Assembly (NCBI GenBank): GCA_003194495.1
Contig: PQXE01000001.1
Location: 79,248-141,776 of the forward strand
From: Deltaproteobacteria bacterium
Lineage (GTDB): Bacteria > Desulfobacterota > Dissulfuribacteria > Dissulfuribacterales > UBA3076
Direction of reading: 5' to 3'
DNA length: 62,529 nucleotides
The notes beneath the pieces are model-generated. The model did no database searches. It saw only the letters and a list, made by a program, of their open reading frames with translations, and was not told where the DNA came from. Shown piece after piece: positions 1-9,280 of this stretch (position 1 is the stretch's first letter; each line of letters starts with the position of its first letter). The translations under genes and the position numbers were made by a program.

Positions 1-97
1 ATCAGGCGAAATAAGAGCCTCTTTCTTCATGTAATTCTCTTGTATTTTCCCTTCGTATAGGAGCACAGCTTTGATATTAGGGCAAATACTCAACTTC

Positions 98-484
98 TCA
101 CTGCTGCAAACGGTAGAAAACATAAGGCGCAACAGTGATCCATACAAGCAATAAGCCCCAAATACGCCCAGCCAAAATGTTATAGTCATGAAACAGCCGA
201 CTCCAAGGATGCCCGGCTACGTAGTGCCCAAAAAAGAACTCAAAGCAAACTGTCATAGCCAGCCAGATAAATCCAACTGAAAGTGACTGCACCCCCGACT
301 CAAGCTGCCAGATTCGACTGATTGCCCAAATGTAAAGTCCAAAAAGAACTGCTCCCGTAACAGTGGATACTTGATGGGCGCGCAACTCGCTAAGGTAGTT
401 GCCATACCATTGCTCCCGAATAACGCCATTAATAATACCGACCACTACCATCGGAAGCCATGCAATAACGTATCTGACGATCAT
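98..484 (-). CDS. small polytopic membrane protein, unknown function (cassette-like ORF)
   Basis: ORF 98..526. Start moved to the internal Met (MIVRYVIAWLPMVVVG, cat at 482-484). About four hydrophobic helices. No family recognised. Confidence 0.45.
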   Translation of the reverse strand: MIVRYVIAWLPMVVVGIINGVIREQWYGNYLSELRAHQVSTVTGAVLFGLYIWAISRIWQLESGVQSLSVGFIWLAMTVCFEFFFGHYVAGHPWSRLFHDYNILAGRIWGLLLVWITVAPYVFYRLQQ

Positions 485-539
485 GTATTTCGTCTCCGAG
501 TTGTGATTGCTGACATGACGGTGCAAATCAGCGGTGAGT

Positions 540-1142
540 TTACGAATCCGCTGAATTTGCTTGGTTATGTGCTTTTATATACCTCTCGATATCTTTTGTT
601 TTAAATAGCCATTGCTCTATAAGTTCTTCTGCTTGATCCGGCCACTCTTCTAAAGCAACTAAATCACGGTCTTTATCAAGCGGCCTTGTTTTATCAGTTC
701 CAAGGATTTTAATATGACCGGGTAGGCCATTTTCAATGTGCTGCTTTAGCTTGTTAAGACCAATGTTATAGTCTTTTTCGATATCTTTCACGGTTAGCCA
801 TATAACATTAGGAAATTCTAAAACATCAACCTCATCATTTTTTTGGGTTGCTGTAGATAATTGGTTTTTTAATAGATTAATAGTTTTTTCTTGTTCCGTT
901 ATAGATTCTTTTTGTTGGTCTATGATTTTATTAAATACTCGTCTATTTTTTCGTGTAATAAAATACAAAATCCCGACGTTCAGAATGGTAACAAAAATCA
1001 TATAATAGAAATTGATATCAACATACTGTGAAAATATTTGTTCCAATCTGGGTGACTCCGTAATTATTTTTTCAATTAATTTTGCCAAAAAATAGGAGGC
1101 TATGTTTAAAACTACAACCCAACATACTTGGATTTTTGCCAT
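540..1142 (-). CDS. membrane-anchored hypothetical protein with C-terminal HTH-like region
   Basis: ORF 540..1154 has a GTG start; the ATG at 1142 (MAKIQVCWVVVLN) is preferred. Two N-terminal hydrophobic helices and a coiled-coil-like middle. The C-terminus (LTVKDIEKDYNIGLNKLKQHIENG) resembles an excisionase/MerR-type HTH. Confidence 0.45.
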   Translation of the reverse strand: MAKIQVCWVVVLNIASYFLAKLIEKIITESPRLEQIFSQYVDINFYYMIFVTILNVGILYFITRKNRRVFNKIIDQQKESITEQEKTINLLKNQLSTATQKNDEVDVLEFPNVIWLTVKDIEKDYNIGLNKLKQHIENGLPGHIKILGTDKTRPLDKDRDLVALEEWPDQAEELIEQWLFKTKDIERYIKAHNQANSADS

Positions 1143-1176
1143 ACCATCCCCCACGAGATAGCCCCACAGAATAATA

Positions 1177-1240
1177 GAGGGGAAGCCGTTGTGGGATACG
1201 GTTTTCGGGAGCTACCCTATCCCCTCGTATTATTTATCTC
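1177..1240 (-). repeat. conserved ~60-nt structured motif, copy 1 (5' of cassette ORF 540..1142)
   Basis: The minus strand reads GAGATAAATAATACGAGGGGATAGGGTAGCTCCCGAAAACCGTATCCCACAACGGCTTCCCCTC. It aligns with the copy at 3479..3541, and stem positions co-vary between the copies. Confidence 0.6.
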
Positions 1241-1242
1241 TT

Positions 1243-1378
1243 GCACATAACGCTACGGCTCAGGGGCGGCAAACAAGGCGGAGCAATCAGCCTTGGAAAT
1301 ACCACCAGACTTCTTGCGGGGCACTGATTTTGAAAAAGCCCGACGCTGTTTGCCGTCCCTTGCAGCCGATTGTTGTGC
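1243..1378 (-). other. attC-like imperfect palindrome (cassette recombination site candidate)
   Basis: Minus strand: GCACAACAATCGGCTGCAAGGGACGGCAAACAGCG ... CGCCTTGTTTGCCGCCCCTGAGCCGTAGCGTTATGTGC. The arms pair with unpaired bases, and the outer boxes resemble R''(..AAC)/R'(GTTAT..). It starts 5 nt after the stop of ORF 1383..2315. Confidence 0.55.
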
Positions 1379-1382
1379 CAAT

Positions 1383-2315
1383 TTAAATATTCAGTTTCGC
1401 AACGTGTGATTTCATAGATTTTTCAAGCCGTATCATGGCGTCTACCATTGCTTCATGGATATTTGGCCAATTTTCTTCAGGATCACGGTAGCCACCGATA
1501 TTTATTCGCTTGCTTATTCTGCAAGCTCTTTTTCCTTCTAATCTCTCCCATTCAAGTGGTTCTCCAAAATCTTTTTCAATTTTTTCCTTATTGGCATGTA
1601 TTTTTTCAAAAATGGCTTTGTTCTCAGAGTCCTTTCCCTTACCTCGATCAATATACAATTCTACTTGAGCACTATCTTTTCTTAGAACATAATTGTATCC
1701 AAGCCCCTGTTTGCCTGCACTTGTTCCCAACCAGTTATGTTGCGTTGGAGAAATATTACTGTGCAATTTTGTTTTTTGTTTTGCTAAATCAAGTAATTGA
1801 GTCCAGAATTTTTCTCTTATAATATAACGTTCTGCTATTTCCTTTTTGGCTTTTCCGACCTCTTTTCCTTCTTCACTCGGCCCAACAATGACTGTAAGCA
1901 ACGGGGCAGGTGGTGAATTTTCAATTTTTATTGCTTCGATTTTGAGCAAGTAAAAATTCGCTGCTGACGATTCATTTAACCAACTGATGGCTGCAATATG
2001 CTCTGGACGTGGATTTGATACAATCCATATCGCTGATTTTGCCCCCATTGCAACCAGGTATGTTAAAATTTTACCGAGATGATCATGATCACTTTTTTCC
2101 AGTTGATTTTCTATTATTACCGGATTACCAGCGTCATCTTCGGCCACGATATCAATACTAAACGATCCAGCAGCTTGCTCTCGTTCTGGATTAGATAAAT
2201 TCAGATCAATAACATTATTCAATACGTCGATATTATCTTGAAGCCATTGAGTAAAATCAAAAGCTTCATGTCGCCAGACTTCCCGCAAAGGCACCCTTTC
2301 TATTTTACCTATCAT
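1383..2315 (-). CDS. PD-(D/E)XK nuclease-like / DUF4268-like protein
   Basis: 310-aa ORF. IDIVAEDDAGNPVIIENQLEKSDHDHLGKILTY fits a D...E-x-K restriction-endonuclease-fold core. The C-terminal half resembles DUF4268. Confidence 0.65.
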   Translation of the reverse strand: MIGKIERVPLREVWRHEAFDFTQWLQDNIDVLNNVIDLNLSNPEREQAAGSFSIDIVAEDDAGNPVIIENQLEKSDHDHLGKILTYLVAMGAKSAIWIVSNPRPEHIAAISWLNESSAANFYLLKIEAIKIENSPPAPLLTVIVGPSEEGKEVGKAKKEIAERYIIREKFWTQLLDLAKQKTKLHSNISPTQHNWLGTSAGKQGLGYNYVLRKDSAQVELYIDRGKGKDSENKAIFEKIHANKEKIEKDFGEPLEWERLEGKRACRISKRINIGGYRDPEENWPNIHEAMVDAMIRLEKSMKSHVAKLNI

Positions 2316-2320
2316 TAGGA

Positions 2321-2796
<476 letters not shown>

Positions 2797-2800
2797 AACG

Positions 2801-2832
2801 TTCAAAATCAGCGGCTCTTTTCTGTCCGCTGA
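2801..2832 (-). terminator. rho-independent terminator-like hairpin after ORF 2891..3469
   Basis: Minus strand reads TCAGCGG-acagaaaagag-CCGCTGA followed by TTTTG. Confidence 0.45.
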
Positions 2833-2890
2833 ATTTTGTGGTTGGCGAAAATTATTCAAAAACAAGCTCGATCTTGACAGATCTGGTATT

Positions 2891-3469
2891 CTATTCATTA
2901 TCTCGTTCTCTCCAATTACTAGCTCTATAATCTTCAACACAAATATCATTTCCATCACACGTAAATGATATTTTGTCATATTTATTATTTAGATGGAAAA
3001 GAGCTTGCATCTTCAAATAATTGGTTGGCTCAACAATAACATCTATATCATTTGATGCAGATCTAAGTTCAATTTTATCACCAAGAGATAAACCATATAT
3101 TCTTTTTAAATGGCCAACCTTCTCATTATTTTCAGTGCTTATGAGGTACCGTCCCGACCCTGATAAATGAATTGCATTTGATGATAATGTAACTGATTTT
3201 AATTTTGTATCATTATTCTGTGAATCTTGTTTGTTTTTAAGTGATGATATTTGCGCCTCATAGTTTTCCTTTTGTGATTTTAATGCGCTTTCAAGATTAT
3301 CATTAGTAGTGCCATATCTCCAATCTCCAAGATAATAAAAACCAACGAAAATACCGATAAAAAAAATTACAGTAGATGCTATTTTCGCACTTAATACCTT
3401 TTTTACATCATCACTTATCAAATTAAATAACCATTCCCACATAGCCATCCTCCGCCAGATGGTCCGCAT
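2891..3469 (-). CDS. hypothetical protein with N-terminal transmembrane helix (cassette-like ORF)
   Basis: 192-aa ORF with one hydrophobic helix (IASTVIFFIGIFVGFYYL), a coiled-coil-like stretch, then a beta-rich C-terminus. No family recognised. Confidence 0.5.
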   Translation of the reverse strand: MRTIWRRMAMWEWLFNLISDDVKKVLSAKIASTVIFFIGIFVGFYYLGDWRYGTTNDNLESALKSQKENYEAQISSLKNKQDSQNNDTKLKSVTLSSNAIHLSGSGRYLISTENNEKVGHLKRIYGLSLGDKIELRSASNDIDVIVEPTNYLKMQALFHLNNKYDKISFTCDGNDICVEDYRASNWRERDNE

Positions 3470-3478
3470 TTAGTATAA

Positions 3479-3541
3479 GGGGGAAACCGTTGCGGATTAC
3501 GGCTTTCGGGTGGCCGCCCTATCCCCCATGCTTTTTATCTC
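3479..3541 (-). repeat. conserved ~60-nt structured motif, copy 2 (immediately 5' of ORF 2891..3469)
   Basis: The minus strand reads GAGATAAAAAGCATGGGGGATAGGGCGGCCACCCGAAAGCCGTAATCCGCAACGGTTTCCCCC. It aligns with copy 1 at 1177..1240. Confidence 0.6.
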
Positions 3542-3600
3542 GGCGCGCCTGACCAGCGGGCGCGGTTTTTAGCCCGTCTGCGTCCAGGCGTTGGTTATAC
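3541..3600 (-). other. short attC-like palindrome after ORF 3625..4596
   Basis: Minus strand: GTATAACCAACGCCTGGACGCAGACGGGC...GCCCGCTGGTCAGGCGCGCC. CGCCTG(G)AC pairs with GTCAGGCG, and CGGGC with GCCCG. The R' side is degenerate. Confidence 0.35.
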
Positions 3601-3624
3601 AAACTTTAATTAGAAAAAATCTCC

Positions 3625-4596
3625 TTAAAGCGCTGGCAACAAGATAATAAAAAGTGCAAGGGCTATCCATAGAATTAAAACAGTCCTTTTCGTTACACCA
3701 TAGTTGAAAAACACACTTCCCAAGGTACGTATAAAGCAAACAAACAGAATTGCAATTGCCAATATACCAAAAACAGGTAAAAAAGATTTTAAGTTTAAAT
3801 GCCCGAATATTAGGAACGGGCTTACGAATAGTAAAAGAAGGAATAAGTACCAACCAGCAATAATATACTTAAGCACCCACTTTGAAGAAAAAGCAATAAT
3901 ATTGTCCTCAAATGCTTCAAGTGTTAAAAAACAAACAATTGAAAATAGACCAAGAATAAATGAGAAAAGCTCTCCAAAGGAGAGTGATAGAGTTAGGCAT
4001 TTGTTTACGATAAATGCAAAAAGAAATGCATAGATAGCACCGAATCCGCCTATCAGAAGTTTTGAGCCAGCAGGTTTTGGAATGTATGTGGTGAAGATGT
4101 GATGTAAATCCTTTGACAAAGATTTTGGCTCTTTATCAGGAAAGAAAAAAACGTCAAGTATAGTTTTAAATTGAGAAATTGCTTTTTCAAAATTCCCAAT
4201 AATGAATATTTTATGATAAGAAAAGTCAATTATTGTGTTAACTAAGGCACCGCTCTCGTTTTTTCCTGTAGAGAACTTTATTTCCAGTGGTCTGTGGAGT
4301 CTGAGTGACTGTATATCGACTTTTAAAGGTTTTGGAATATTTGGTGCTAAAAATGATTTCACTCCGCCAATTATAGGGTCTATATCTCCGATACAATAAA
4401 CGGGCAGTATTAGTTCGTTTTCATGTGTACCCTGCAATTTATCTGCAACATTTGATAGTTCAACGACTGACTCATAAAAAGAATAGCTTTTAGCATTATT
4501 TAATCTTTGTATTTCAGCTAAATATGGTCGCCCACTAGAGTCTTCAAACAATCCCCAAAGAGAAAGTCTATTGATTTTAAAGTGTTTTGGTTCCAT
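3625..4596 (-). CDS. hypothetical protein: soluble N-terminal domain plus C-terminal multi-TM region (first cassette-like ORF)
   Basis: Start taken at MEPKHFKINRL (cat at 4594-4596). About 190 aa are soluble, followed by about five hydrophobic helices. No family recognised. Confidence 0.5.
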   Translation of the reverse strand: MEPKHFKINRLSLWGLFEDSSGRPYLAEIQRLNNAKSYSFYESVVELSNVADKLQGTHENELILPVYCIGDIDPIIGGVKSFLAPNIPKPLKVDIQSLRLHRPLEIKFSTGKNESGALVNTIIDFSYHKIFIIGNFEKAISQFKTILDVFFFPDKEPKSLSKDLHHIFTTYIPKPAGSKLLIGGFGAIYAFLFAFIVNKCLTLSLSFGELFSFILGLFSIVCFLTLEAFEDNIIAFSSKWVLKYIIAGWYLFLLLLFVSPFLIFGHLNLKSFLPVFGILAIAILFVCFIRTLGSVFFNYGVTKRTVLILWIALALFIILLPAL

Positions 4597-4786
4597 TATG
4601 TTGAGTATGCATTTGATTTTGTATGTATAACAGAGTAATAAATGGAAACATTCCATGATATTAAATCATATAGATAGACATGTTTTCCATTTATTCCTAT
4701 ATCAAGCAGATCAATATGGAAAAAGTGGTCCACTTATTAAATATTGCCTGTAAATTTCCATATATTGTGAGATTATTAAATCCACC

Positions 4787-5311
4787 ATGGAAAATAAACC
4801 AAAATTTCGACCAGACCCGGATGCCAAATTAATGGACCAGGTACGGGAGGTACTCCGTTACTATCATTATGCTTATCGCACCGAGTCCACTTACTGCCAA
4901 TGGATTCTCCGCTATATTCAGTTTTTCGGAGGTAAAACTCACCCCCGGAAACTTGATGCGAAGCATATTGAAAAATTTCTATCACACTTGGCGACCAAAG
5001 GCAATGTTGCTGCCTCCACACAGCGCCAGGCCTTGAATGCTCTCGTCTTTCTCTATCGTGATGTCCTTAATCAGCCCCTTGATGGCAAGATCGCCCCTGT
5101 CCGTTCAAAACGAAAACCGAGCCCTCCAACCGTCCTGACCCAAGAGGAAGTTCAACAGATGCTCCGGATGATAAGCGGCACCCATGGACTAATGGCAAAA
5201 CTGCTTTATGGGGCTGGCTTGCGCCTCATGGAATATGCATTTGGGGAATGTCCTGGATTAAGTGGACTTTTGCCTATCACGCCGGCTAAGAGATTTGGTA
5301 ACTGTAAATGA
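4787..5311 (+). pseudogene. intI: integron-type tyrosine recombinase (IntI-like), 3'-truncated
   Basis: LMDQVREVLRYYHYAYRTESTYCQWILRYIQFF..HP..L....IEKFLSHLA..GNVAASTQRQALNALVFLY...LLYGAGLRLME parallels the IntI N-terminal and early catalytic region. Similarity stops near 5235, the rest is unrelated, and the catalytic C-terminal half is absent. Confidence 0.7.
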
Positions 5312-5375
5312 AATGATGTGGGGTTCCCGGTATATCCAGCCCGGCTTGTATTGGACTGCAGGCTCATTATAAAAG

Positions 5376-6734
5376 CTACGAAAAACCAGCCAATTTCAAG
5401 GCCTTGTCCACCACTTCTAAGGGATCGTGTCCCAGGACTCGAATAATCGGCTCTTTTCCTATATCTCCTGCATCATGTATGATATCCGGCACCATATCTG
5501 CCCCATCAATAGCCCTCTTTACGCCCCATACCAAGGTAGAGCCTTCCTTTGCTTTCACGTCCTCGGGTTCATCCTTTCTGGAGAACTCAGCCGTTGAGTA
5601 ACCAAAGTCCTGTGCCCGCTCAAGATACCAGAGATCATTGCGGATATTCATGGCCGACCTGTATCCACGATCATGGCCCATCGCGGTCAATATTATCCTG
5701 GCCACATGGCTTGAGACCCCATATGCAGGACCCCTTATCCTTGCTACACCTTCTTCCAGGCCTACAATCCTTCCGGGAAAAGCAGCCACATCTTGCACAG
5801 AACTTGCCCACGGAAGGGCATAGCCAAGATTCATTTGGACCTCTGGGACCAAAGAGCGACACGGGACTGACAAAAGACGCTTCCACGCCTTCTCAAGGGC
5901 TTGGATTACGGGGTAACGGGCAATATCGTCTTCGATTACACTCAAAGGATTGGTAGGCCCTATACCCTTGCCGACAGGCACTGCCCCCTTGATTGCCCGG
6001 ATCACAAATTCTTTGGCCTCCTGAGCGGCTTTTACTATTCCCAGTCCACGAGCCAGAAACACCAACAGGGCGGCAGAAAAGGTACAGCCTGTGCCATGAG
6101 TGTGTCGTGTGGGAATGCGGGTCCCTGTTATCTCTAAAACCCCTTCTTCATGAGCAAGAACATCCACAGGATCATGGTTACGGAGATGGCCTCCTTTCAG
6201 AATGACACAAGGGCAATCTGCGAGCTTGAGGAGATCCGTGGCACCTCGTCGCACCTCGTCCAGTGTCTGGATGTGCCGGCCGAGAAGGACTTCAGCCTCC
6301 GGGATATTGGGTGTAAATACGTCCGCAAGAGGAAGAAGCCTGGTCCTTAGGACATCCACTGCATCTTGTTCCAGAAGTCCATGCCCGTTTTTAGAAACCA
6401 TGACAGGATCTACCACCAGTATGGTATCTTTATTAATATACCGACCCAGACGATCCGCAACAATCTCCACAATAGCTGTGTTGGCCAGCATACCGATCTT
6501 GATGGCTGTTGGGCGGATGTCTTCAAGCACGGCATCAAGCTGCTTCCCAACAAAATCAGGATCTACGGGCTCAACAGCATGGACCCCAAGGGTGTTCTGA
6601 GCAGTCAGTGCGGTAACAACGCTTGAGCCATAGGACCCAAGGACCGTAAAGACTTTCAGGTCTTGTTGGAGACCGGCGCCACCACCTGAGTCAGAGCCGG
6701 CAATAGTAAGAACCGGACCAGAATTCATTTCCAC
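5376..6734 (-). CDS. thiD: bifunctional hydroxymethylpyrimidine/phosphomethylpyrimidine kinase fused to a ThiN-type thiamine-phosphate synthase domain (ThiDN)
   Basis: The N-terminus (LTIAGSDSGGGAGLQQDLK) is ThiD-like. The C-terminal ~180 aa (VPEVQMNLGYAL...FPGRIVG...YGVSSHVARIIL...NIRND) is ThiN-like. Confidence 0.88.
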   Translation of the reverse strand: MEMNSGPVLTIAGSDSGGGAGLQQDLKVFTVLGSYGSSVVTALTAQNTLGVHAVEPVDPDFVGKQLDAVLEDIRPTAIKIGMLANTAIVEIVADRLGRYINKDTILVVDPVMVSKNGHGLLEQDAVDVLRTRLLPLADVFTPNIPEAEVLLGRHIQTLDEVRRGATDLLKLADCPCVILKGGHLRNHDPVDVLAHEEGVLEITGTRIPTRHTHGTGCTFSAALLVFLARGLGIVKAAQEAKEFVIRAIKGAVPVGKGIGPTNPLSVIEDDIARYPVIQALEKAWKRLLSVPCRSLVPEVQMNLGYALPWASSVQDVAAFPGRIVGLEEGVARIRGPAYGVSSHVARIILTAMGHDRGYRSAMNIRNDLWYLERAQDFGYSTAEFSRKDEPEDVKAKEGSTLVWGVKRAIDGADMVPDIIHDAGDIGKEPIIRVLGHDPLEVVDKALKLAGFS

Positions 6735-6794
6735 AGGACCAAAGTAAAATCGGCATAAACCGGGGTTAGAAAACAGGAAGCGGCGGACTTAAAA

Positions 6795-8141
6795 TCACTC
6801 TGAGATACGCCCCAGTACCTTAAGGATCTCTTTTTCATCGCCCCTTGCCTCCCGGCCTTTTCTCATCGCCCTTTGATAGGTCTTGATTGCGCAGTATTCC
6901 CCGCACATCGTACAGGTTGGTCCGTTGTATTCCCCACCCTCCTCACGATATAGGCGGGCCTTTTCAGGATCTATGGAAAGCTCTATCTGGGTCTTCCAGT
7001 CAAGGCGGTGTCTGGCCTCGGCCATCATTCGATCTTTTTCTATGGCACCGGGGACTTCCTTCACTATGTCAGCCGAATGAGCCGCAACGCGACAAGCGAT
7101 CACCCCTTCTTTCACATCGTCCAGTGACGGCAGCTTCAGGTGTTCGGCAGGCGTCACGTAACAGAGAAAATCAGCCCCGGCGGCTGCTGCAATGGCCCCG
7201 CCTATGGCACTGGTAATATGGTCGTACCCTGGGGCAATATCAGTCGCCAAGGGACCAAGTACATAAAACGGGGCCCCGTGGCAGAGCCTCTTTTCCAAAA
7301 GAACATTGGCCGCTATCTGGTCCATTGACATATGACCAGGCCCTTCAATTATTACCTGTACACCCGCGTCCCATGCCCTCTGCGTGAGCTCACCCAGGAC
7401 TATCAGCTCATGCACCTGTGCGCCGTCTGTTGCGTCCATTAGGCACCCGGGCCTGAGGCCGTCACCAAGGCTCAAAGTGAGCTCGTGCTCCCGAGCTATT
7501 GCCAGGATATCATCAAAACGCTCAAAGAGGGGGTTTTCCTTCCGGTTGTACATCATCCACTCCAGGATGAAGGAACCTCCTCTGCTGACCACCCCCATTA
7601 CGCGTTCCCTCAACCGGAGATGCTCCGCAGCCTTGAGAGTCAGCCCGCAGTGAATTGTCACGAAGTCAACTCCCTCCTGACCATGTTCCTCAATTACCCT
7701 AAGCAGGTCGTCTACATCCATTTCGCAAATTGAGCACTTGCGCCGTTCCACGGTCTCAACTGCAGCCTGATATATAGGAACTGTGCCAAGGGGTACGGGA
7801 CAGGCATTTCTGATAGCCTGGCGGATATCCTTTATCGGACCTCCGGTGGAAAGATCCATTATCGTGTGGGCACCTGCCTCCAGGGCCACCTTGAGTTTTT
7901 CCAGTTCAGCTTTCAGCTCAGGATGATCCTTTGAAGTGCCTATGTTTGCATTAACCTTGGTGGAAATCCCTTTTCCCACTGCCATGGGACGGCTAAGCTC
8001 CACATGCCTGTTGTGCGGTATTACCACTTCCCCTGCCCCCACGGCTTGAACCAGAATCTGCGGATCCAGACCCTCGTCCAGGGCACAACGCTCAACAATT
8101 TGGGATATTATACCTTGTTTTGCTTGATCTTTTATAGTCAT
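6795..8141 (-). CDS. thiC: phosphomethylpyrimidine synthase
   Basis: 448 aa with ThiC-like blocks (VNANIGTS, TIMDLSTGG, VPIYQA, CYVTPAEHL) and a C-terminal CTMCGEYC cluster motif. Confidence 0.95.
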   Translation of the reverse strand: MTIKDQAKQGIISQIVERCALDEGLDPQILVQAVGAGEVVIPHNRHVELSRPMAVGKGISTKVNANIGTSKDHPELKAELEKLKVALEAGAHTIMDLSTGGPIKDIRQAIRNACPVPLGTVPIYQAAVETVERRKCSICEMDVDDLLRVIEEHGQEGVDFVTIHCGLTLKAAEHLRLRERVMGVVSRGGSFILEWMMYNRKENPLFERFDDILAIAREHELTLSLGDGLRPGCLMDATDGAQVHELIVLGELTQRAWDAGVQVIIEGPGHMSMDQIAANVLLEKRLCHGAPFYVLGPLATDIAPGYDHITSAIGGAIAAAAGADFLCYVTPAEHLKLPSLDDVKEGVIACRVAAHSADIVKEVPGAIEKDRMMAEARHRLDWKTQIELSIDPEKARLYREEGGEYNGPTCTMCGEYCAIKTYQRAMRKGREARGDEKEILKVLGRISE

Positions 8142-8247
8142 AAGAGAACTCTAATGATGACACAAAGGGTTTTCAAGATGATTTTCATGGGTTATTAAGT
8201 AATAATGACCTTATCCCCTTAGATCAGGATTGTCACTAAGATCAATC

Positions 8248-8357
8248 GTAAGCGTTCATATGACACCGCATCTGCTTTGTTGTCGGGCACTTGAAGTATA
8301 GGGAGTACGTCTGCGTACCCGTACGCCTCACATCTGCAGCACCCTGTGAACGCTTAC
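8248..8357 (-). mobile_element. MITE-like repeat, family A (TIR GTAAGCGTTCA..), copy A1
   Basis: 110 bp. It is the reverse complement of 41041..41150 with about 7 mismatches. The termini are inverted repeats of about 25-28 bp. Confidence 0.8.
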
Positions 8358-8374
8358 AGTAATGTAGGATCAGG

Positions 8375-9280
8375 ATGTCTATGAAATTCAGATCGCTGCA
8401 AGGAGTAATCTACCTGTCACTCCTTGCCTTTATTATCATAATTGCCCAGGCACTACTAATAGTATTCAAGGGAGAGGCCTTCTGTGTTAATGAAGGATGT
8501 AGAATAGTAGAAGCCCTGACACTTATTCCACCTTTTTATTTCAATCTGTTGGGTGCTGCATATTTCTTTTCCATATTCTGTATTGCCATAACAACAAAAT
8601 ACAGGTCAAGGACAGAGACCCTGCTCCGCATCGTACTTATTTCCGGTCTTGCAGCCGAGGGGATATTGCTGGGATACCAGATTTTTGTCGCCAACGCATT
8701 CTGTTCTTACTGCCTGCTTATTCTTCTTCTGATGGTAATCCTGAACAGCTTGATGGACTTGCGACAATTAACATTTGGATTGGTAACAATTGTAGCGCAG
8801 CTGGTCATGTTCTCTCTATTAAATTTTGATACCGCAAAAGACCCCCTGCGCGGACTCACCCTGGACAATGGGACATATGCTGTAAGAAGATGCTCAGACC
8901 CGCTTAAACAACTCTATCTAATCTTTTCAGAAGACTGCCCCCATTGCTACAAGGTCATAGAGACCCTGGAAGGATGCACACGGTGCGAATTTCACTTTAA
9001 CCCAATCAAGAAAATACGTGCTGACCTGCTTCCGGGATTAAACCCAAATGAAAATTTTTTACCTGAAATAAACACTGCCGCCCTGAGAATATTCGGCATT
9101 GACACCGTTCCGGTACTGATAGCCAAGGATCATGATGGATTGACCTTTATCCAGGGTGATCGGAATATCATAAACTACATTCAGAATACCTGTTTTCGTG
9201 AAATGCCCTTACTGGACGGAAACCTGGGAGATCCCTTCGAAACAGAAGGAGGTGCATGTTCCATAAATGAAAATTATTAA
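8375..9280 (+). CDS. VKOR-like membrane domain fused to thioredoxin-like domain (disulfide-bond formation candidate)
   Basis: About five TM helices, with loop Cys pair CVNEGC and an in-membrane CSYC. The C-terminal domain carries CPHC. Confidence 0.5.
   Translation: MSMKFRSLQGVIYLSLLAFIIIIAQALLIVFKGEAFCVNEGCRIVEALTLIPPFYFNLLGAAYFFSIFCIAITTKYRSRTETLLRIVLISGLAAEGILLGYQIFVANAFCSYCLLILLLMVILNSLMDLRQLTFGLVTIVAQLVMFSLLNFDTAKDPLRGLTLDNGTYAVRRCSDPLKQLYLIFSEDCPHCYKVIETLEGCTRCEFHFNPIKKIRADLLPGLNPNENFLPEINTAALRIFGIDTVPVLIAKDHDGLTFIQGDRNIINYIQNTCFREMPLLDGNLGDPFETEGGACSINENY

Noticed and set aside
3479-3541. Resemblance of the cassette 5' motif to a group II intron domain V or to known small riboswitches (guanidine-II/III, fluoride, preQ1).
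   Set aside because: The stem is 6-7 bp with an 8-nt loop and lacks both the 2-nt bulge and the AGC triad of domain V. None of the signature loops of those riboswitch classes (ACGR and others) is present.
5404-7733. Many 60-135-aa ORFs on the plus strand inside thiD and thiC.
   Set aside because: They are antisense or out of frame relative to long, motif-rich genes. They have low-complexity Pro/Ser/Arg-rich translations typical of shadow ORFs in GC-richer DNA.
8142-8247. Possible TPP riboswitch fragment (CCTGATCT..GGATAAGG) in the thiC leader.
   Set aside because: It cannot be called as a feature. The CUGAGA box and the P1/P2 pairing partners were not found by eye, and the order of ACCC-like and CCUGAUC-like boxes is wrong. 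It is kept only as a question in the findings; a covariance-model scan is needed.
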